Shown here in pieces: positions 61,501-64,000 of a DNA stretch of 64,000 bases. Made by a program: the position numbers and the translations under genes. How positions within the stretch are numbered: position 1 is the stretch's first letter; every line of letters begins with the position of its first letter. The stretch is from Okamejei kenojei (taxonomy: Eukaryota), in NCBI GenBank assembly GCA_035221665.1, contig CM069152.1, positions 13,516,001 through 13,580,000 on the forward strand, in the 5' to 3' direction. The notes under the pieces were generated by a model that was not told the origin of the DNA, did not search any database, and saw only the letters and a list, made by a program, of their open reading frames with translations.

Positions 61501-63326
61501 TGACACCCAGTGCTGCCTTTTGGTAATACAACAATTAAAAGCACAGCATTTCCAGATTCAGAGGGTGTTGCTAAGATGAAGGAAACCACATTGCAGGCTA
61601 TCGGTGGCCTTAATTTATAACATGATCTAAAAAGAACCCATTAAAAAGGACAACTTATTTAAAGAGAAAGCAGCTACAAAGGCCACATGGCACAATTAAA
61701 TTTCTAGGCATCTATTTTACACGGATAGAGAATATTATTGGCAGGCTAGGACTTGGGAAGGACTGAGTTTACAAGCGTTTGCATTGAGGTGTAATATTGG
61801 CCACTGGCCATGTGTAGCTGGGATGTGGCACTGATCCATGTAAATCTTTCAGATACATACTCACCACCCTTGTGCCAGTCCACATGTCCATGGGCACCTT
61901 CAGGAAACTAAATAACATAAAAGTAATTTATCTTCAGGCAGTACTTTCAGATTATGATATAAACACATGTCTAATGAGTTCCTATTTAATAACCTTTCTT
62001 CACAGACTCCCATACAAGAGTCCCTTATTGAATTCTCAGATGAAAATATGAACAAGATAGCAGCTGAGATTTTTGTTGGTAAGAATCGACATTCCTCTTT
62101 GTGAAATAAAGCATCACCTTTGTCATTTCATTGTTGCCACACGGCTTGTTCCTTTCCTCCCACTATTCTCCCAGTCCTGGCTCATGGAGTAAAGATTGGA
62201 TATCCTGGACATCACCCACCCAAACTAATTTCACTTCGGCAGTAAAGTAGGTCAATGAGGGTTCTCATCTTGCTCCAGATTCTTTTCATCACCTTGTGCT
62301 GGCTCATCAGACTCTTGTGACAAGTCGTTGACTGACCGTTCTCCCCATGTTCAACTCCTTCCTCAACTCTCTTATTCCTTGACACCTTCCTTGTCACCTG
62401 GGGTCTTGAATCAATTCCTCACCTCACATTAGTTTGTCATGCCAACTTGATCATCGCTTGTATCCTAATCCTGATATTTTGCCAAGACATCTTGATCTAA
62501 CAATGCATTGCCCCTACTCATCACTCTGACACCTCTCTCCATCCCTTCACCCTGATTCCTAGCCCAAACACTCGATCCCATTCCCTGTCCCATCCTAACA
62601 TTTCCAAAATTCCTTAGCTTGATCTCTTAACAAGGCCTCTCATCGTATCGCCTCAAATGATCTCTTCCCTGACCACCTATTCTGACCCCCCAGCCTTAAA
62701 TGATCACACCCTTCACTCTGCAGGAGACATAGGGTAAAGATAAGAGATGCTTTGATTCCTTCTGCAAGGTTGTGAGCTCCTTGCCCTGGCCTGGGCCCAT
62801 GAGACGGTTTGCCTGCTGCCTCAGGCTCGCTGCAGCATTTATAATTCCATCTCCCTGAATCTCAGGACACGTTGAATCTTTAAATAGTGGCATTTGACTG
62901 TATCAGCTTCTTCTCAATTAAGTAAATGAATCAGCAAGGAACAACAGTCAAAGGGATGTCTGGAGAGGCAATTTAGATTATCCATAGTTGTTTCACTGTG
63001 GAGAGCCCTTAACAACAATCCTGAGCTCACCTGATGCCTCTATTTCCAGCATTTTCAGTGTAAATGTTAGGAATGAGAATGCTAACGGTGCTGAGACCTA
63101 CGGAAAACAGAGACTGACCAGTGTTGTCAATTGGGGATCGATCATTGCATTCAACTCCAATGAGCAAGGACTGTTTGTTTTCACCCTTCCCCCTCCCCTC
63201 CCCCACTCCCCACCATCCTGTGATTATCTTGAATCATGTTTCCTTTCTGCAGCTGTCATGAAATTCATGGGGGATCATCCTTTCAAAGGTCAGACAGAAC
63301 AAGACGTGATCTACACCATCCTTAAG
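1396..63326 (+). CDS. MYO15A: Unconventional myosin XV (myosin XVa-like), internal part; 38 coding exons
   Basis: Spliced translation is in phase across all 38 exons, with GT-AG introns (one TG/AG case). Motifs: [59 protein letters not shown] motifs, MyTH4 ([25 protein letters not shown]), SH3 and second MyTH4 (VMKFMGD). Segments such as [12 protein letters not shown] and DPHEEA match recalled human MYO15A. Paralog assignment not tested phylogenetically. Confidence 0.9.
1700..2215 (+). mobile_element. decayed CR1 LINE 3' fragment
   Basis: Collinear similarity to the 3' portion of the CR1 at 36300-36900. Confidence 0.55.
2232..2358 (+). mobile_element. Penelope-derived short element with hammerhead-like core
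   Basis: CTGAAGA(2263)-AAGGTCCGGACAC-GAAA-TGTC followed by the family body. Confidence 0.7.
2659..2736 (+). CDS. MYO15A: exon 2 (motor)
   Basis: aacag|GTC..AAG|gtgagt; [26 protein letters not shown]. Confidence 0.95.
3785..3921 (+). CDS. MYO15A: exon 3 (motor, loop 2)
   Basis: ttag|ATT..AG|gtcagt; [24 protein letters not shown]. Confidence 0.93.
4335..5045 (+). mobile_element. CR1 LINE 3' fragment
   Basis: Degenerate ORF2 C-terminus ([14 protein letters not shown]) and 3' UTR. Confidence 0.8.
5082..5127 (+). CDS. MYO15A: exon 4 (motor)
   Basis: ttcag|C..AAG|gtaaat; [15 protein letters not shown]. Confidence 0.95.
5608..5732 (+). CDS. MYO15A: exon 5 (SH2/SH1 helix)
   Basis: gcag|GAG..AG|gtcagt; [41 protein letters not shown]. 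Confidence 0.95.
6184..6301 (+). CDS. MYO15A: exon 6 (converter)
   Basis: acag|A..AAG|gtctgt; YKILLG..YSIGLTK. Confidence 0.92.
6819..7136 (+). mobile_element. V-SINE (HE1-like), full length
   Basis: B-box GGGTTCGATCC, V-domain, (CTAAA)n tail. Confidence 0.88.
7196..7371 (+). CDS. MYO15A: exon 7 (IQ1 and IQ2)
   Basis: ctcag|CTT..AG|gtaaga; [27 protein letters not shown]. Confidence 0.95.
8225..8950 (-). mobile_element. Rex1/Babar-like LINE 3' fragment
   Basis: Minus [52 protein letters not shown], followed by a tail containing GACAATAATAAAG. Confidence 0.75.
9019..9309 (-). mobile_element. V-SINE (HE1-like)
   Basis: Reverse complement of the family at 6819-7136. Confidence 0.82.
9398..9482 (+). 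CDS. MYO15A: exon 8 (degenerate IQ3)
   Basis: tacag|G..AGG|gtgagt; [28 protein letters not shown]. Confidence 0.92.
10449..10481 (+). CDS. MYO15A: exon 9 (33-nt microexon)
   Basis: Long pyrimidine tract then tgtag|ATC..ATG|gtaaca; [11 protein letters not shown]; phase 0-0. Confidence 0.75.
11122..11203 (+). CDS. MYO15A: exon 10
   Basis: ctcag|GAA..G|gtaaac; [27 protein letters not shown]. Confidence 0.92.
12026..12156 (+). CDS. MYO15A: exon 11
   Basis: tgcag|TT..AGG|gtaggt; ..[19 protein letters not shown]. Confidence 0.92.
12240..12335 (+). CDS. MYO15A: exon 12 (MyTH4-1 start)
   Basis: ccag|AAC..CTG|gtaagg; [20 protein letters not shown]; preceding intron is only 83 nt. Confidence 0.92.
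12531..12766 (+). CDS. MYO15A: exon 13 (MyTH4-1)
   Basis: ttcag|ATA..AA|gtgagt; [42 protein letters not shown]. Confidence 0.95.
13201..13379 (+). CDS. MYO15A: exon 14 (MyTH4-1 end)
   Basis: aacag|G..G|gtgagc; [26 protein letters not shown]. Confidence 0.93.
14100..14535 (-). mobile_element. decayed Penelope-like element 3' end
   Basis: Minus strand reads, with frameshift, [21 protein letters not shown], resembling the end of vertebrate PLE ORFs. Confidence 0.5.
14543..14887 (-). mobile_element. Rex1-like 3' tail with a nested opposite-strand 3' tail (about 14650-14775)
   Basis: (TTTAG)n-TTTATTGTCACG body also seen at 29405 and 50640; interrupted by a + strand tail ending AATAAA..(ATTC)n whose reverse complement occurs near 34560. 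Confidence 0.7.
15520..15592 (+). CDS. MYO15A: exon 15
   Basis: tgcag|GC..AG|gtaatc; [23 protein letters not shown]. Confidence 0.92.
16278..16460. mobile_element. Penelope-derived foldback element
   Basis: Two inverted arms of the family body around a centre near 16355. Confidence 0.75.
18258..18449 (+). CDS. MYO15A: exon 16
   Basis: tgcag|G..GT|gtgagt; [33 protein letters not shown]. Confidence 0.92.
18660..18910 (-). mobile_element. CR1 LINE 3' end
   Basis: Reverse-complement similarity to 4800-5045. Confidence 0.75.
19168..19280 (+). CDS. MYO15A: exon 17
   Basis: ggtag|T..G|gtgaga; [16 protein letters not shown]..; phase matches both neighbours. Confidence 0.85.
19575..19666 (+). CDS. 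MYO15A: exon 18
   Basis: aatag|AT..GGG|gtaagg; ..[21 protein letters not shown]. Confidence 0.93.
21010..21133 (+). CDS. MYO15A: exon 19 (start is 21010 with a TG acceptor or 21019 with an AG acceptor)
   Basis: [21 protein letters not shown]..; donor C|gtcagt gives phase 1, matching the next exon. Confidence 0.8.
21585..21765. mobile_element. Penelope-derived element, partial foldback
   Basis: Minus-strand core CTGAAGAAGGGTCCTGACCCAAAACGTC plus an inverted second arm. Confidence 0.7.
21828..21892 (+). CDS. MYO15A: exon 20
   Basis: tccag|GC..CTG|gtaagt; [21 protein letters not shown]. Confidence 0.9.
22339..22512 (+). CDS. MYO15A: exon 21
   Basis: aacag|GCC..CAG|gtagga; [19 protein letters not shown]. 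Confidence 0.88.
22986..23171 (-). mobile_element. internally deleted V-SINE
   Basis: (TTTAG)n tail and head present, V-domain missing. Confidence 0.7.
23738..23870 (-). mobile_element. Penelope-derived element, TTCG-loop subfamily
   Basis: Minus-strand core 23841-23868 CTGAAGAAGGGTTTCGGCCTGAAATGTT. Confidence 0.75.
23890..24430 (-). mobile_element. old DeuSINE (SacSINE1/AmnSINE1-like)
   Basis: ATAATCTGTTTTAGTGATG..TAAATATTGGC and CACCTCCAACAGTGCA blocks resemble the recalled Deu-domain reverse complement. Confidence 0.55.
24527..24608 (+). CDS. MYO15A: exon 22 (variable linker)
   Basis: tacag|ACA..A|gtaagt; [27 protein letters not shown]; supplies the required phase 0 to 1 change; no recognised homology. 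Confidence 0.7.
24810..25365 (+). mobile_element. CR1 ORF2 endonuclease-region fragment with a nested Penelope-derived insert (about 25150-25240)
   Basis: [17 protein letters not shown] and ILDL-type APE motifs. Confidence 0.7.
26549..26822. mobile_element. Penelope-derived inverted pair; right arm has an intact hammerhead-like core
   Basis: CTGATGA(26734)-A-GGGTCTCGACCC-GAAA-TATC. Confidence 0.75.
27011..27167 (+). CDS. MYO15A: exon 23
   Basis: ttcag|GA..AG|gtagag; ..[23 protein letters not shown].. Confidence 0.88.
27936..28029 (+). CDS. MYO15A: exon 24
   Basis: atcag|G..CAG|gtaagg; [24 protein letters not shown]. Confidence 0.92.
29097..29335 (+). mobile_element. V-SINE, 3'-truncated
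   Basis: B-box and V-domain present. Confidence 0.82.
29405..29720 (-). mobile_element. Rex1-like 3' tail
   Basis: Same family as 14543 and 50640. Confidence 0.7.
30472..30607 (+). CDS. MYO15A: exon 25
   Basis: aacag|AAA..G|gttagt; [21 protein letters not shown]..; end chosen by phase. Confidence 0.78.
32640..32980 (+). mobile_element. GC-rich retroposon fragment with Rex1-like tail
   Basis: GC-rich body followed by TTTCACTGTACC..GTGACAATAAAG(TATCA)n. Confidence 0.55.
34402..34523 (+). CDS. MYO15A: exon 26
   Basis: tgcag|CC..GAG|gtacga; [28 protein letters not shown]. Confidence 0.9.
34995..36990 (+). mobile_element. CR1 LINE ORF2 (reverse transcriptase) remnants; two juxtaposed fragments with a junction near 35500
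   Basis: [52 protein letters not shown]-type C-terminus; frameshifts and stops throughout. Confidence 0.9.
37098..37157 (+). CDS. MYO15A: exon 27
   Basis: tccag|GTG..CAG|gtgaga; [20 protein letters not shown]. Confidence 0.93.
38107..38436. mobile_element. PIF/Harbinger-type MITE
   Basis: About 40-bp imperfect TIRs (AAGCCCTGTCCCACGGTACGAGTTCATT..) and TTA target duplication at 38104-38106 and 38437-38439. Confidence 0.85.
40470..40591 (+). mobile_element. Penelope-derived element with 14-bp flanking duplication
   Basis: CAGGTGGAGGAAGA at 40456-40469 and 40592-40605. Confidence 0.8.
40859..41506 (-). mobile_element. solo LTR (648 bp)
   Basis: TGTGAG..CTCACA termini; 5-bp TSD CATAC (40854-40858 and 41507-41511); minus-strand TATAAA (40995-41000) then AATAAA (40923-40928). 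Confidence 0.82.
41552..41750 (-). mobile_element. Penelope-derived element
   Basis: Minus-strand core CTGAAGAAGGGTCTCGACCCAAAATGTC plus upstream pyrimidine-rich sequence. Confidence 0.75.
42160..42235 (+). CDS. MYO15A: exon 28
   Basis: Pyrimidine tract then taaag|ATT..G|gtgagt; [25 protein letters not shown]. Confidence 0.9.
42749..42950. mobile_element. Penelope-derived foldback element with 11-bp flanking duplication
   Basis: Arms at 42801-42862 and 42887-42948; TGACCTAGAGC at 42738-42748 and 42951-42961. Confidence 0.8.
43475..43605 (-). ncRNA. Penelope-derived element with intact minimal hammerhead-ribozyme-like core
   Basis: Minus strand 43575-43602: CUGAAGA-A-GGGU-UUCG-GCCC-GAAA-CGUU. 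Confidence 0.6.
43620..44199. mobile_element. PIF/Harbinger-type MITE
   Basis: 28-bp TIRs AGGG(G/C)CTGTCCCACTTGGGCGACCTAAT; TTA TSD at 43617-43619 and 44200-44202; internal CT(T/A)CGAC repeats. Confidence 0.88.
44507..44772 (-). mobile_element. V-SINE (HE1-like)
   Basis: (TTTAG)n tail, V-domain and B-box on the minus strand. Confidence 0.85.
44926..45223 (-). mobile_element. V-SINE (HE1-like)
   Basis: Reverse complement of the family. Confidence 0.8.
45511..45626 (+). CDS. MYO15A: exon 29
   Basis: tgcag|CT..TCT|gtgagg; ..[24 protein letters not shown]. Confidence 0.93.
45898..46029 (-). mobile_element. Penelope-derived element
   Basis: Family body flanked by CAATCTG at 45891-45897 and 46030-46036. 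Confidence 0.75.
46262..46740 (-). mobile_element. CR1 LINE 3' end
   Basis: Minus-strand [31 protein letters not shown]. Confidence 0.85.
46741..46830 (-). mobile_element. truncated Penelope-derived element with 16-bp flanking duplication
   Basis: TAACA(C/T)CCTTGTATTC at 46725-46740 and 46831-46846. Confidence 0.78.
47080..47198 (+). CDS. MYO15A: exon 30
   Basis: tgcag|GGC..AG|gtacaa; [30 protein letters not shown]. Confidence 0.93.
47600..47900 (+). mobile_element. old DeuSINE-like copy
   Basis: AAGATTCTATGGCAC..GAACAGGGGAGTT..TCTGGTCATCATC blocks. Confidence 0.5.
48906..49047 (+). CDS. MYO15A: exon 31
   Basis: tacag|C..AAG|gtgggt; [35 protein letters not shown]. Confidence 0.94.
49834..50460 (-). 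mobile_element. Helitron-like non-autonomous element (3' terminus visible)
   Basis: Minus strand ends with hairpin GCAGACCC-AAT-GGGTCTGC, 7 nt, then CTAG-T; internal direct repeat with period about 240 bp. Confidence 0.55.
50638..50992 (-). mobile_element. Rex1-like 3' tail
   Basis: Same family as 29405. Confidence 0.7.
51284..51395 (+). CDS. MYO15A: exon 32 (SH3 N-half)
   Basis: tgcag|GAT..G|gtcagt; [29 protein letters not shown]. Confidence 0.93.
52672..52746 (+). CDS. MYO15A: exon 33 (75-nt insert within SH3)
   Basis: cttag|AC..G|gtgggt; [24 protein letters not shown]; phase 1-1. Confidence 0.9.
55037..55198 (+). mobile_element. V-SINE 3' half
   Basis: CACACTCCAAAGACGTACAGG..GGGCCGAAGGGCCTGTTTCC. 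Confidence 0.8.
55298..55584 (-). mobile_element. V-SINE (HE1-like)
   Basis: (TTTAG)n tail through head on the minus strand. Confidence 0.82.
55974..56185 (+). CDS. MYO15A: exon 34 (SH3 C-half)
   Basis: gacag|GA..GAG|gtgcag; [26 protein letters not shown].. Confidence 0.92.
57058..57151 (+). ncRNA. Penelope-derived element with intact hammerhead-like core
   Basis: CUGAUGA(57060)-A-GGGU-CUCU-ACCC-GAAA-CAUC. Confidence 0.55.
57305..57423 (+). CDS. MYO15A: exon 35
   Basis: tgcag|GCC..AG|gtgagt; ..[14 protein letters not shown]. Confidence 0.92.
58698..58830 (+). mobile_element. Penelope-derived element, 5' core clipped
   Basis: GAAGAAGGGGTTTGACCCGAAACGTTGCC followed by the family body. Confidence 0.7.
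59324..59396 (+). CDS. MYO15A: exon 36
   Basis: tgcag|T..AAG|gtaagt; [24 protein letters not shown]. Confidence 0.9.
59891..60970 (+). mobile_element. GC-rich non-autonomous retroposon with internal minisatellite, nested in a Rex1-like 3' fragment
   Basis: TAGTCC duplication at 59885-59890 and 60971-60976; AATAAA plus (TAATC)n tail; host Rex1-like sequence continues on both sides. Confidence 0.75.
60160..60620. repeat. GC-rich compound tandem repeat
   Basis: Recurring CGGCTTCAGAGCTCC followed by a variable number of 12-bp GTGCTCCAGCGG-like subunits. Confidence 0.95.
62006..62078 (+). CDS. MYO15A: exon 37 (MyTH4-2 start)
   Basis: cacag|ACT..G|gtaaga; [24 protein letters not shown]. Confidence 0.93.
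63253..63326 (+). CDS. MYO15A: exon 38 (MyTH4-2)
   Basis: tgcag|CT..AAG|gtaatg; [24 protein letters not shown]. Confidence 0.93.
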
Positions 63327-63540
63327 GTAATGCCTTAGGCATAAGAGTGCCTACTTGTGCGTAGGTTGGTAGAGGTGTTTCGTGTGTATGTGTATGTGAA
63401 AGCTAATAAGTGGAACAGTGGATTTTATAACACCACGATTTAGTAGTCCTGATTGCAAAGATGAGTATGTCAATTTAACTTCATCTTTCGATGATAATTG
63501 TACATATAATAAGGTGACATCCTTAGCCTGCTGAACAGAC

Positions 63541-63641
63541 TAGTCTGAAGAAGGGTCTTGACCCAAAACGTCACCCATTTCTTCTCTCCAGAGATGCTGC
63601 CTGTCCTGCTGAATTACTCCAGCATTTTGTGTCTATCTTCT
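63541..63641 (+). mobile_element. Penelope-derived element
   Basis: CTGAAGAAGGGTCTTGACCCAAAACGTC followed by the family body. Confidence 0.75.
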
Positions 63642-64000
63642 GTCATTCAATGATCCTGGTTAATTGCCTCAGCTCGACACTCCTGCCCGATCCGCACTAT
63701 CTTTCTATATTAGCCTTAAATATATCTAACTACTCAGTATTCACAGCACCAGGAACAGAGACTTCCAAAGATTTGCAAACCTCTCAGAAATAATTTTGTT
63801 CTTCAGTCTTAAATTGATGTTCTATTATACTGAGACTACATCTCCTACTAAGGAAGATATTCATTTCTATTGTCAAGTCCTCTGAGAATCGTTCAGGTTT
63901 GCCTACTTAATAAAAGTATGTGTGTCAGGGACGTGCGGACAGGGAAGGCAATGAAAATAGCTGTTAAGAAAAGTAAAGAAAAATAATAATAAAGTAAAAT

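Noticed and set aside
1396-63326. Assignment as MYO7A, MYO7B, MYO10 or MYO15B; U12-type introns
   Set aside because: Motor and tail peptides match recalled MYO15A closely, there are no PH domains or five-IQ neck, and no donor shows the GTATCC/ATATCC U12 consensus

Overview
Eukaryotic (vertebrate) genomic DNA, not prokaryotic. The whole window lies inside one + strand gene encoding an unconventional class XV myosin, most likely MYO15A. I traced 38 coding exons by hand from 1396 to 63326 with continuous reading-frame phase. They cover the C-terminal motor domain, converter, IQ motifs, MyTH4-1, FERM-like-1, a low-complexity linker, SH3 and the start of MyTH4-2; both ends of the gene lie outside the window. 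The repeats (HE1-type V-SINEs, CR1 and Rex1/Babar-like LINE remnants, DeuSINEs, Penelope-derived elements) suggest a cartilaginous fish, probably a skate or ray (inference). Most ORFs in the supplied track are exon read-throughs or noise. Main observations: (1) about 15-20 short Penelope-derived elements carrying a minimal hammerhead-ribozyme-like core, several with target-site duplications or foldback structure; (2) an exon whose homology-predicted acceptor is TG, with an in-frame AG 9 nt downstream; (3) a candidate in-frame alternative terminal exon inside the SH3 region; (4) an antisense solo LTR, two Harbinger MITEs, a Helitron-like terminus and a GC-rich minisatellite-bearing retroposon; (5) recurrent locally templated insertions. 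Repeat boundaries are approximate and family names come from recalled consensus features, not database searches.
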